A DNA stretch of 62,033 nt, filler included. It is 8 parts of 8 records of this genome, joined end to end, with 100 filler letters (N's around TTAATTAATTAA, not from the genome) between each part and the next. Parts side by side here need not be neighbours in the genome. Positions count along the whole stretch, not along the records: positions 39,599 to 45,541 come from SRR31156797_106012; positions 45,642 to 50,873 come from SRR31156797_106131; 6 more parts are not named here. One strand, written 5' to 3'. Below, one piece after another: positions 40,343 to 50,026 of this stretch. The stretch's first letter is position 1. Every line of letters begins with the position of its first letter. Under the pieces are notes generated by a model, which saw only the letters and a program-made list of their open reading frames with translations, ran no database searches and had not been told where the DNA came from. The translations under genes were made by a program, and so were the position numbers.

Positions 40343-40566
40343 ATCCTGTTCACCAGGAGAAAGAAAGAATCCCTCCCCCCTCTGATCTCACCCTTAATCC
40401 TAATCGATTCGCTAAGGAAATCAAACAAAATCATAAACTATATGATAATTTTTAAAATACAGCACAAAAACTGGTTTTATTAAAAAAGTCCATTATAATT
40501 CAGTGCAGGATCAAACAAACAATCGAAATACAAATATCAGAGCTATCGATGAATCAGGAGAAATTG

Positions 40567-42807
40567 ATGAGCAAAATAAACTGGATTCCGGGACTTTTAA
40601 TATCAGCAATCGTATTTTTCTCTTGTGCATTCGGCAGCGATCCCCTGGGAGAAGATTCACCAGCCGAACAAATATCGGCCAATGTGATAACGGGCACCAT
40701 TAAAGTGTTTCCTGATGTTGATTCCAGATCGACGTCCCGATCGACCGATATAATTATGCGCAGTGATATGGTACCGGCCCAGGCATTGGTCAGCATATAT
40801 TTGTTAAAAGATGTCCATTATAACGATCCTGTAGCAACCGTAAAAACAGATGCAAACGGTGAGTATGAAATTACCGCAGAAGATGTTCGCGGATATTTAC
40901 TGTCCCACAACCTGATTACCGAGGAGACGGAGGAAGAGGGTGTGATAACGGCCTTTCGGGCCCTGGGCAAGGTTCAGGTGAGGGCCCTTGTGGTGAAGCA
41001 GACAGAGGGTGTAGAAAGTGCCATCGCTATTCAGAGTATTGCGGATCCTTCTGATATTGATCCGACGACTGGACTACCGACCCCGGTCGCGGTTGATCCC
41101 ATCGCTCATCGTCTAATCAAAGCAATAATAAACCAAATCAAGGATTCTATTTCTAGTTTAAGCACCTTGAATATGTCGAATGATCTTTTCCAGAGTATTA
41201 CAGATGAAGTGATAAATTCGGTAAGCACAGAGATTGAACATGTGCTGGAAGAAGCTCCAACCTCTATCATTGAAATTCCCGAAGGACAATCAGCGGCCGA
41301 TGTGATTGCTGCTCAGGAGGCTGAATTAGAATTGATTATGCCTGATGAAAACCTGGAATCCTTGATTCTCATGCTGGACTCGGAATCCGACCTGCTGGAG
41401 GACGATTTGACAGGACCCGCAAATCTGGATGAGATTTTAACGGCCGAGGAAGCAGTGAGTGATTCCGGCTTATCCAGCAGCCTGGATGATGAGGCATGGG
41501 GGCTGCTCTCCGGTCTGGAAAATGCGCTGAATGAGTCCCTGGAAGAATCAATTGAAACGACCATTGAGGAAGACAATGTCACCCTGGATCCGGATAGAGA
41601 AGAGATGCTCAATGAATTAAGAACTGATTCCAGAAGAACAACCTTGCTCAATCTGGGGTATATACTGGCGTATGACAGTGATGATGATAATCAGTCTGAC
41701 AGCTTAATCGTTCCCTTCTCCCCTCCGGCCTGGATGGATACCGTCAACCTCCCCGGTACAAGCTACGGTGGAAATGAAAGGTTCAGGGTCATCTCTATTG
41801 ACGGGTTAAAAACTGAGGTATCCGCACTGAAAAGTTCATTCTCAAACGACACGGACTTCTCCAACGCCCTGTATAATGAAACAGACCGTGGGGATGCGCT
41901 GACGATATTGACCTATATAAGGTTTGGGGAAACATTGAACAGGCGAACGATTGTATCCGGCAATTTTATAGAGAGCCTGATAGACCTGGACAAAACGACA
42001 ACGGTTGAGGAACTTTGTAACTATCTCACGGCCAATTCCATGTTAGAAAGGACCCCCTGGTTTATAGGGGCAGGAGGTCATTTTTATCATAATTATATTA
42101 CCTCTTCAATAAACCCCGGCAACAGTTTATATGATCAGCTGCTCGATTACATAACCTATGATTATTCTGCAGATGATTATAATTCTCTGACAGGCTATTT
42201 TCAACAGAGTAAATTATACACCGCTCTGGCCCTGGGAGTGCTCAGGGAAGAGTATGAGGAACTTCTCATCGAGCATGGTAATGATGGTTTTGATTATACG
42301 TCCATTTATCCCGAATCCGAGGATTATGAAGATAAAATACTCAACAGCAGGGTCTTTAACGAGACCACAATTGATGAAATAAGCAGGGCTTACTACAGTT
42401 GTTTCGGGTTCGAATCCGATTCTATATTCAGTGCCCGTGGTAACGGTTCGACAAGCTTATCCCCCTATGAATTGTTGCTGGTGAATCAGATACTGAACAA
42501 ATTAACCTATCTCTATTCAGACACAGAGTCCGCTCCTCAGGCCATCGGTGTAGCGGATTTGGCCTTGGAAGGAGAAGCTGATAATCATTATATTCCACAA
42601 TGTGAAAACCTCTATAAGCTGACACCCGCTTTAACAGAAAACTATCCTGTCGATTATCTGGTTGATTTATTGGGGATAGAAAACTTCACTCATGAATCCG
42701 GTTTCTTTATTCTTATGGATGCTGTGGCAGACCTATATGAGATGGGCGGTATTTATGAAGGATTTTACAATTTCCCCGAATATCAGGAAGAGGTAAGTCA
42801 GCAGTAA
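40567..42807 (+). CDS. large acidic lipoprotein of unknown function
   Basis: AGGAG RBS, lipobox-like IVFFSC, Asp/Glu-rich, TVKTDANGEYEI beta-sandwich-like motif. Confidence 0.7.
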   Translation: MSKINWIPGLLISAIVFFSCAFGSDPLGEDSPAEQISANVITGTIKVFPDVDSRSTSRSTDIIMRSDMVPAQALVSIYLLKDVHYNDPVATVKTDANGEYEITAEDVRGYLLSHNLITEETEEEGVITAFRALGKVQVRALVVKQTEGVESAIAIQSIADPSDIDPTTGLPTPVAVDPIAHRLIKAIINQIKDSISSLSTLNMSNDLFQSITDEVINSVSTEIEHVLEEAPTSIIEIPEGQSAADVIAAQEAELELIMPDENLESLILMLDSESDLLEDDLTGPANLDEILTAEEAVSDSGLSSSLDDEAWGLLSGLENALNESLEESIETTIEEDNVTLDPDREEMLNELRTDSRRTTLLNLGYILAYDSDDDNQSDSLIVPFSPPAWMDTVNLPGTSYGGNERFRVISIDGLKTEVSALKSSFSNDTDFSNALYNETDRGDALTILTYIRFGETLNRRTIVSGNFIESLIDLDKTTTVEELCNYLTANSMLERTPWFIGAGGHFYHNYITSSINPGNSLYDQLLDYITYDYSADDYNSLTGYFQQSKLYTALALGVLREEYEELLIEHGNDGFDYTSIYPESEDYEDKILNSRVFNETTIDEISRAYYSCFGFESDSIFSARGNGSTSLSPYELLLVNQILNKLTYLYSDTESAPQAIGVADLALEGEADNHYIPQCENLYKLTPALTENYPVDYLVDLLGIENFTHESGFFILMDAVADLYEMGGIYEGFYNFPEYQEEVSQQ

Positions 42808-42923
42808 GTATAGAGATTCAAGACCTGAAAAGATGAGCCCTTCTATAGACTCAATTATAATCCTCCCGGAGATTGAGGCAAACTCTCCCCCCGGGATTCG
42901 GTAGATTCATTACGGGAGGGAAT

Positions 42924-43400
42924 CTACTCCCCCGCCTTCGCCCGCCTCTCGGCTTCCTTCTTCACATTGGCCACCATGCCGCCGACGATACCGCTTAAGG
43001 CTTCTTCGTCAGCATCGAAATAGAAGGCCTCGTTAAAGAGGTGGTGGACGGTTCCGTCTTCGTTCAGGGTCAGGGTGTGAACGCCGGAGTAGTCCTTGCC
43101 CTTGGGGTCGATCCCCAGGTAGGCGTACTGACAGGGGCGGTCCATATGGATAATTTCTTCATCCAGTTCCCACTTCTCTCCGCTTTCGTGATCGCTTAAG
43201 ACCCAGTGGGATTTCATTCCCGGTCCCTCTTTCACTTCGGAAATAATCGTGACCGATTCGACATTCTCTTCCAGTTCCACAAAGAGCTGCAGATCGGTGA
43301 TGACATCGAAAACAGTTTCCATCGGGGCATTAATATCACTCTCTTTGGTGATAATCAGATCATCGGGGTTCCTTTTTTCAGGCATTATGGAATAGTCCAT
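42924..43400 (-). CDS. SRPBCC/START-like family protein
   Basis: INAPMETVFDVITD...W; AAAGGAG RBS before MDYS. Confidence 0.75.
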   Translation of the reverse strand: MDYSIMPEKRNPDDLIITKESDINAPMETVFDVITDLQLFVELEENVESVTIISEVKEGPGMKSHWVLSDHESGEKWELDEEIIHMDRPCQYAYLGIDPKGKDYSGVHTLTLNEDGTVHHLFNEAFYFDADEEALSGIVGGMVANVKKEAERRAKAGE

Positions 43401-43433
43401 TTCGGCTCCTTTTATCATTAAGCTTCCCCGGCC

Positions 43434-44393
43434 CTAAAGGCCGAAGAAACTCTTCTTTAGTATGTCATGCCGGATCTTCCCGGCGGAAAACACCTTACCG
43501 GTGTTCAGGTTGATAATTTCAACTTCGGCGGGCGAATGGATCGCCAGGTCCATCTTGTAAAAATCCTTCTCCGCTTCGATAAAGAGATCGACGAAAAGCC
43601 GGCCGTAGTCTTTGGCGCTTTCGGTGACCAGCTTAGGTATGACTTCTTCAATGATCGCATCTTCGGATCGGACCCAGAAAACGGCCTTTCCCCCGTAGAG
43701 GAGGCAGTCGTTGACCCAGCCCATCTCGGTCAGGTCATCCGGAGCCAGGGGGGCAACAGCGCAGAATCCCCGGGCCGTCACAATCTGCTTCACATCAAAA
43801 TGGTTAAGCATCATCTGGTTGATCGTCTGTTCCACAATCCGGGCAGAAACCTGGACTGTGTTGACGATGCAGTTGTAGGAGTGCATCAAAAGATAAAGGT
43901 TCTCCGGTTTGACCCCGCAGACTTCGGCAGCCCGGGCGGCAAAGGCGGCATCGGGAAGATTTCCCGAGGTGATGCCCATGACCGCTTCATGGTGTTCGTC
44001 GACGTAGTCGGTAAGCTGAACATGGTGATCGTTTTTACCCCTGGCCTGGGCTCGTGCGGGACCGGAACAGATAGCTGAAAACTCACCGTCGGTTAACTGG
44101 AGACCTGCCATCTGGGATGCGATGCAGGCAAGTTCGGGGTTATCCACGAAAACCTCGACTCCGGCGACGGAGATCTTTTCATCCAGGGGAAAGTCAGAGA
44201 GTGAAGTTCGACCTAAACAGGCCATATCGATATCGGTGAAGATTTTCGCTGCCTCCCAGCCCCCGGGAACTTCGATTCCCATATCGATGACATGGGTACC
44301 ATTCTCCAGGGTGTAATAATTGCACCCCAGAGCCTCGACGTTTTCAATCAAATCCCGAACCCGCTTCATCGAGTATTTATTAATTGAGATCAT
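43434..44393 (-). CDS. mch: methenyltetrahydromethanopterin cyclohydrolase (Mch) homolog
   Basis: MISINK, NGTHVIDMGIEVPGGWEA, P.LAC.ASQ.AG, SGPARA, VQVSARIVE, NDCLLYGG, YG..F...F...DFYKMD..SPA.V.I.NL.TG..F.AG. Confidence 0.88.
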   Translation of the reverse strand: MISINKYSMKRVRDLIENVEALGCNYYTLENGTHVIDMGIEVPGGWEAAKIFTDIDMACLGRTSLSDFPLDEKISVAGVEVFVDNPELACIASQMAGLQLTDGEFSAICSGPARAQARGKNDHHVQLTDYVDEHHEAVMGITSGNLPDAAFAARAAEVCGVKPENLYLLMHSYNCIVNTVQVSARIVEQTINQMMLNHFDVKQIVTARGFCAVAPLAPDDLTEMGWVNDCLLYGGKAVFWVRSEDAIIEEVIPKLVTESAKDYGRLFVDLFIEAEKDFYKMDLAIHSPAEVEIINLNTGKVFSAGKIRHDILKKSFFGL

Positions 44394-45541
44394 GCTTCCC
44401 CCTTCAGAGGCGCAGCCGATTCCAGAGTCTCACGGACTTCGTTCAGGAACCGGGCGGCGGGGGCGCCGTCGACGATCCGATGATCGTAGGTGAGGCTTAA
44501 GGAGAGAATGGTCCGTATATGTATGCCGCCGTCCTTTACAACGGGAGTCGGAATCATGGTACCAACGCCGAGGATAATAGACTGGGGCGCGTTGAGGATC
44601 GGGGTGAAATACTTTACGTTGAGCATACCTACGTTGGAGATAGTAGCGGCACCGCCGTCCATCTCCCCCGGGGCAAGGGTCCCGGCCTTGGCCCGGGAAG
44701 CAATCCCTGACAGGTCGGCACAGACGGTTTTCAAAGGTTTTTTATCAACACCCCGAAGGACGGGAACGGTCAGGCCGTAATCGGCATCCACGGCAACGGA
44801 GATATCGATCTCCTCCAGTGTCCGGATAGCATCGGTACCGGCCATAACGGTCCGGACGATGGGATGGTTCACCATGGCGCCGGCCATTGTTTTAATAAGA
44901 ATCGCCGTATAGGAAAGCTTAACTCCTTCGGCGGCATAGTCGGCTTTGACGGTACCGTATGCGGCGGCCAACTCAGTAACATCAACATCCATGGTGATGG
45001 AGGTCTGGGCGGAGCCCTGCATCGATTCCATCATTCGGCGGGCGGTAACCTTACGCACCGTGTTCATCGCAGCGCCTGGTCCGGCAGCCTTGGAGGCAGC
45101 GGGTGCAGGGGAAGCCTGAGGTGCGGCGGCAGGCGCCGGGGTGGCAGCCGGAACTGCTCCTGTCCCGGCATTCGCGCAAGCTCTAATATCCTCCCGGGTA
45201 ATCGCATTAAGAATCCCGGTGCCCTTGATCCCCCGGTAGTCGACTCCCATCTCCTCGGCAAGTTTCAATGCCTTGGGGGTAATCCGGATGCCGGGAACCT
45301 CTCCGGGAAATCCGGTACCTGAAGATGCAACCGCCGGTTGAGCCGGTGCCGCGGCGGGCTGTGCTCCCGGAACGGGGACAGAACCTGAGACCGGAGCCTC
45401 GACCGAAGGTTCAGAGCCGGAACTCCCGACCTCGGCACCGCCGGCGGCAGCCTCGGCTTCCAGCCCGCTGATGTCTTCATCGGCTCCGGCAAGGATCGCA
45501 ATAGGTGCCCCGCAGGGAAGGGTCTCCCCCTCTTCGCAGTA
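44390..45541 (-). CDS. dihydrolipoamide acyltransferase (E2), 5' truncated
   Basis: frame is open to the contig end (EEGETLPCGAPIAI lipoyl-domain tail, Pro/Ala linker, RITPKALKLA E3-binding); TISNVG, FTPILNAPQ, SLTYDHRIVDG. Confidence 0.93.
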   Translation of the reverse strand, partial: YCEEGETLPCGAPIAILAGADEDISGLEAEAAAGGAEVGSSGSEPSVEAPVSGSVPVPGAQPAAAPAQPAVASSGTGFPGEVPGIRITPKALKLAEEMGVDYRGIKGTGILNAITREDIRACANAGTGAVPAATPAPAAAPQASPAPAASKAAGPGAAMNTVRKVTARRMMESMQGSAQTSITMDVDVTELAAAYGTVKADYAAEGVKLSYTAILIKTMAGAMVNHPIVRTVMAGTDAIRTLEEIDISVAVDADYGLTVPVLRGVDKKPLKTVCADLSGIASRAKAGTLAPGEMDGGAATISNVGMLNVKYFTPILNAPQSIILGVGTMIPTPVVKDGGIHIRTILSLSLTYDHRIVDGAPAARFLNEVRETLESAAPLKGEA

Positions 45542-45641
45542 NNNNNNNNNNNNNNNNNNNNNNNNNNNNNNNNNNNNNNNNNNNNTTAATTAATTAANNN
45601 NNNNNNNNNNNNNNNNNNNNNNNNNNNNNNNNNNNNNNNNN
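45542..45641. other. artificial contig spacer
   Basis: N44-TTAATTAATTAA-N44. Confidence 0.99.
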
Positions 45642-46030
45642 AAACTTTCCACTGCGTCAGTCACGTGGGCCAGATTGCCCGTTATTATAACCGCTTCCAC
45701 GGAATTGTTTATTATCACGGGCTGCAGGCTCGTTATTACCTCAATTCCCGCGCGTTCAATGACCCTCAGGCGTTTGCGCACCGGTTTACCGGTTTTAAAT
45801 ACTTCCACCAGATCCCTTGTTTCATTCATTGGGTATACAGGCTTTCCCCAAAAATGCTCCCGGGAAAACTCCTTGCTTACACCGAGCATGCGCTCGTAAT
45901 AGGGATTGGTGTAAATAATCACACCTTGACGATCTACAACTATGACCCCTTCCCGATAGTTTTCAAATAGCTGTTCCAGAACATCCCAGGAACGAATATC
46001 ACCCATGTTCGCAAAGTATTCAGATAGCAT
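45642..46030 (-). CDS. PAS-domain protein, probably the N-terminus of a sigma54 activator, truncated
   Basis: EGVIVVDRQGVIIYTN...LVEVFKTGKP; divergent from a sigma54 promoter. Confidence 0.65.
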
Positions 46031-46350
46031 GCTTTAACCTCGAAAACAGTTTTCCTGAAAATTGGACAAAAAGCAAAGATTATTGAGCGGTGAATCCAAA
46101 AAATTGTAATAAGATTGATTGCGAGCACGCCGCTTCAAACCCAAATCTCTCCCAACCGCTGAAAGATAATACAATTTAAGAATCACGGTTCAATAAATGC
46201 CCCGGCAATAGGCGGGGTGTCAAAACTCTGAATTTCTTGCGAATTGAAAGAAATCTCTGCTTTTCGTGAATCCGATATTACAACCGGGGCGCCTTGATTC
46301 CGGATTTCCGAAAGCGAAGTTTACATTCCTGTTTTTTTCTTCTCTTCTTC

Positions 46351-46366
46351 TGGCATACGACTTGCT
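46351..46366 (+). promoter_or_regulatory. sigma54 -24/-12 promoter
   Basis: TGGCATACGACTTGCT (GG-N10-GC). Confidence 0.85.
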
Positions 46367-46435
46367 CCAAACCCGGGCAGTCCGCAAGATTATTGGCATT
46401 ATTGCATAAACTATTTAAACTCGGAGGTGATATTT

Positions 46436-48022
46436 ATGAACTGGCAGGATATCGACATTGAAAAAACGACTTTAACCGACCTGGTGACATTTTGGGCTCA
46501 GGACAGGCCTGAAAAAGACCTCCTCATTTTCGAAGGCTCCCATATCTTTGACGGCCGAGTCGAAAGCTATTCCTTTAAAAAGATGGAATCCCTGATTAAC
46601 AGGTTTGGAAACGCCCTCAAGGAACTCGGATTGAAAAAAGGAGACCGCGCGGCCATATACCTGCCAAACTGCCCCGAATTCATTATTGCTTATCTATGCA
46701 TTATGAAAATAGGCGCGGTTGTAGTTCCGGCCAGTCCTATCTACACCAAAAGGGAAGTGATGTACCTGCTGGAAGACACAGGCTGCAAAACCGTGATTAC
46801 GGCTTCTTTGCTGGCCGCCAATATTGGGCAGGAAGAGCTGTCTAAATTGGACCATATAATCCTATTGGATAAGCAGGAAGGCTTTCCGTCTTTTTACGAT
46901 TTATTGGAAAATGCCCCGGATTCGCTCGAAAGAGCGGAAATCGACGTGCACAACGACCTGGCCATGATCGCGTATACCTCCGGTTCGACAGGCGTCCCCA
47001 AAGGCGTTCCCCACACAAATTATGAATTTACATGGAATCTTCGCCAAGCCCTGTTGCATATGGAATTCAAGGACAGTAGCGCCGTGGCCTGCACTACAAC
47101 CCCTCTCTTTCACGTGACCGGTTATCACGATACTTTCGGTTTGGGGCTTTTTGCCGGAATAGCAACCGTGGTTATGGAAAGGTTTGATCCGGCCAAATTT
47201 TTCGAACTGGTTGAAAAACATAAAATCACATACACACTTGTGCCGACGGCCGGACTTATTTACCTGCTCAATGTCCCGGACAGCGACAAATACGACCTTG
47301 GGAGTCTGGAAGGCATCATGAGCGGCGGGGCCGCCGTGCCCAGGGAAATAGGCGAAGCCATGACAAACAAATTCAACATAGACCTGGTGGAAGGTTACGG
47401 CTCCACCGAAGTATTGATATCCAACGTCAACCCTCGATCGATTAGGGGCGAAATCAAGTTCGGCTCAGTGGGGCCTTGCCTGAATTATTCTGAAGAAGTC
47501 GTCATAAAAATTGTTGATGAAATTACAGGCGAAGGAGAAAAACCCCAGGGGGAACTGGGGGAAATATTGATAAAATCTCCCAGTGTCTGCAAATCTTACT
47601 GGAACAAACCCGAAGATTCGGCAGAGGGTTTCAAAAATGGTTTCTGGTATTCCGGCGATATAGGGTATATTGATGAGCAAGGTTACCTGTACATTGTTGA
47701 TCGGAAAAAGGAGATGATTAATGTCTCCGGTTTCAAATGCTGGCCCCGCGAGGTCGAGGAAGTAATCCACGCCCATCCGGCTGTGGCTGACGTGTCCGTT
47801 GTCGCCAGGCCGCATCCGGTCAAGGAAGAGGAACCGGTGGCTTTTATCGCCTGCAAACCGAGTGAAACGCTTAAGCCCGAAGATATGAACGATTACCTTG
47901 CCGACAAATTGGCAAAGTACAAGATACCAGTAGACTATTTTTTCATGGACGCCTTGCCCAAAACCCTGCAGGGCAAGACAAAAAAAGATGAATTAAAGAA
48001 AATCGCCGGTGAATCCGCCTGA
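46436..48022 (+). CDS. AMP-forming acyl-CoA ligase (class I adenylate-forming)
   Basis: YTSGSTGVPKG, EGYGSTE, SGDIG.ID, DRKKEMI.VSG, LPKT..GK; GGAGGTGA RBS. Confidence 0.93.
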   Translation: MNWQDIDIEKTTLTDLVTFWAQDRPEKDLLIFEGSHIFDGRVESYSFKKMESLINRFGNALKELGLKKGDRAAIYLPNCPEFIIAYLCIMKIGAVVVPASPIYTKREVMYLLEDTGCKTVITASLLAANIGQEELSKLDHIILLDKQEGFPSFYDLLENAPDSLERAEIDVHNDLAMIAYTSGSTGVPKGVPHTNYEFTWNLRQALLHMEFKDSSAVACTTTPLFHVTGYHDTFGLGLFAGIATVVMERFDPAKFFELVEKHKITYTLVPTAGLIYLLNVPDSDKYDLGSLEGIMSGGAAVPREIGEAMTNKFNIDLVEGYGSTEVLISNVNPRSIRGEIKFGSVGPCLNYSEEVVIKIVDEITGEGEKPQGELGEILIKSPSVCKSYWNKPEDSAEGFKNGFWYSGDIGYIDEQGYLYIVDRKKEMINVSGFKCWPREVEEVIHAHPAVADVSVVARPHPVKEEEPVAFIACKPSETLKPEDMNDYLADKLAKYKIPVDYFFMDALPKTLQGKTKKDELKKIAGESA

Positions 48023-48056
48023 ACCGGCCTGCAATTTCAAATGAAGGAGACCGCCG

Positions 48057-49883
48057 ATGATACAAGAAACAATGACCGCGATTGAAAGAGCCGAGGCCGC
48101 CATTGCCCTGGAAGCCGTGGACAGGCACCCTGTTTTTCCAATACTGGTCACCACCGCGCCCAGACTTTACGGTATTTCCCAGGGCGAAGCCTGGCGCAAC
48201 CATGATGCGGCCCGCGAAGCAATGTTATGGTGTTACAGGGAATTCGGATACGATTTCGGAAGCAAGCCGAATTATTACTATCCCATGCTTCCGGGAAAAA
48301 ACTGTGGAGCGCCCGTGCGCAACCTCATACCCGGTAAGCAACTCGCCGAAGACGACCTTTACCAGATCGACGAAAGAGTATTATTCTCCCGGGACGACTA
48401 CGACAAAATCGCCGCCCTGGGTTGGAACGGATTCTGGGATGAACATTATGAAAAAATGAGCGGCAAACCTCTTGAGAACTTCGCCTTTATGCAATCCATG
48501 TCCAATCAGTTTTACAACGACGACCTGGAAATCTGCAGAAAAGAAGGCATGCCCGTTTTTCTAGGCGTAGCAGTCGATTCGGTGCTCATGGCCTTTTCCC
48601 TCTCCAGGACCCTCACCGAATTCACCAAGGACTTGTACAGCGTCCCCGATAAAGTGGAAGCAGCCATGCAGGCCTCATGCGACGACCTCATCGCCAACTC
48701 CATTGAAGTCTGCAAGCGAAACGGGCAAAAGTTCGCCTTTGTCGTCCTGGAAAGAGGCTCTGGTTTTTACTATCGCCTCGACGTTTTTGAAAGGTTTGAA
48801 TGGCCGTTTCTGCAAAGATACGTGGACGCCTATATTGCCGAAGGCATTATCCCCTGGCTGCATTTCGACACGGACTGGGGCATAAACCTGCCGTATTTGC
48901 TGAAGCTGCCCAAGGGCAAATGCGTGTGCGACCTTGACGGCACAACCGACATTTTCAAAGCCAAGGAAGTGCTCAACGGGCATATGTGCATAAGCGGAGA
49001 CGTCCCGGCCGGGTTGTTATCCCTGGGCAAGCCGGAAGAAGTGGAAGAGTATTGCCGTAAGCTGATAGATGAAGTCGGTGAAGGGGGAGGATTCATGCTC
49101 ACCACCGGCTGTGAATGCCCTATTGACGCCAAGCCGGAAAACCTCCGCGCCATGGTTGAAACAGGCAAGAGCTACGTTGGGAAAAAAGGCCGGACACTGA
49201 CGGCGGCCGCCCCCAAGGCGAGGGAAGCGGTTTATGAAGAAGCTGTCGATGTCAGCGGAGAAATCGCCAGGGCCGTGGCCGACCTGCAATTCGACGATGT
49301 CATGAAACTGGTCGAAACCGCGGTCTCAGAAGGCCGAAACGCACTGGACGTTCTCAACGAATGCCGGGCCGGCATGGATATAGTCGGGAATAAATATTCA
49401 AGCGGCGAATACTACCTGGCTGAACTTATAATGTCCGCTGACCTGTTCAAACAGGTTGTGGCCATTCTGGAACCCCTCCTGCTGGAAGACGCCAAAGGGA
49501 GTTCCCTTGGTTCCATGGTTATTGCCACGCCCAAGGGCGACATCCACGATATCGGCAAGGATATCGTAGCCACGCTTTTCAAATCCACAGGCTTCGACGT
49601 CCACGATCTAGGCGTCGACGTCGCCCCCGAAGTTATCGCGAACAAAGTCATAGAAACCGATGCCAAAATTCTGGCCATGTCCGCCCTTATCACTCCGACC
49701 TTTGAATCCATGAAGCAAGCAGTCGATATATTGGTGGAAAAAGGTCACAGGGAAGGCAAATTCATTGTGATTGGCGGAGGCCCCACCACTGAAACCGTGC
49801 GCGAATATGTGGGCGCCGACCTGTGGACCCTCGATCCCAAGTACGGCGTAAACCGGTGCCGCGACTTCGTAAACGCCGCCTGA
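48057..49883 (+). CDS. UroD/MtaA-CmuA-family methyltransferase fused to a C-terminal corrinoid-binding protein
   Basis: AIALEAVDRHP, FERFEWP, LHFD, CISGDVP, GGGFMLTTGCECP; cap domain GM..VG..Y..GEYYL.EL; DIHDIGK, DLGVDV, MSALIT, IGGG. Confidence 0.9.
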   Translation: MIQETMTAIERAEAAIALEAVDRHPVFPILVTTAPRLYGISQGEAWRNHDAAREAMLWCYREFGYDFGSKPNYYYPMLPGKNCGAPVRNLIPGKQLAEDDLYQIDERVLFSRDDYDKIAALGWNGFWDEHYEKMSGKPLENFAFMQSMSNQFYNDDLEICRKEGMPVFLGVAVDSVLMAFSLSRTLTEFTKDLYSVPDKVEAAMQASCDDLIANSIEVCKRNGQKFAFVVLERGSGFYYRLDVFERFEWPFLQRYVDAYIAEGIIPWLHFDTDWGINLPYLLKLPKGKCVCDLDGTTDIFKAKEVLNGHMCISGDVPAGLLSLGKPEEVEEYCRKLIDEVGEGGGFMLTTGCECPIDAKPENLRAMVETGKSYVGKKGRTLTAAAPKAREAVYEEAVDVSGEIARAVADLQFDDVMKLVETAVSEGRNALDVLNECRAGMDIVGNKYSSGEYYLAELIMSADLFKQVVAILEPLLLEDAKGSSLGSMVIATPKGDIHDIGKDIVATLFKSTGFDVHDLGVDVAPEVIANKVIETDAKILAMSALITPTFESMKQAVDILVEKGHREGKFIVIGGGPTTETVREYVGADLWTLDPKYGVNRCRDFVNAA

Positions 49884-49896
49884 TGACTTCACTAAT

Positions 49897-49923
49897 AAAG
49901 GCGGGCTTGGGCGCCCGCCTTTT
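49897..49923 (+). terminator. rho-independent terminator
   Basis: aaaggcgggc-ttgggc-gcccgcctttt. Confidence 0.8.
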
Positions 49924-50026
49924 CACGGATTATTTGTAATTTGTAGAGGCGCTCCCACCGTGGACGCCTCGTTTTTTTTGTCCTACAGCCGCCCGGTGTG
50001 GAATTGCGCCGCCTAAACCCCAATCC

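Noticed and set aside
45265-45541. Apparent frameshift or missing lipoyl domain in E2
   Set aside because: The E2 frame is open from 45541 to 44390; the ORF caller simply chose an internal TTG. The gene is truncated by the contig end.
46394-46406. Second sigma54 promoter TGGCATTATTGCA
   Set aside because: GG-to-GC spacing is 7 nt rather than the required 10.
46436-49883. Selenocysteine read-through fusing the CoA ligase and the methyltransferase
   Set aside because: The TGA falls at the normal ligase C-terminus, and the next ORF is out of frame with its own RBS.
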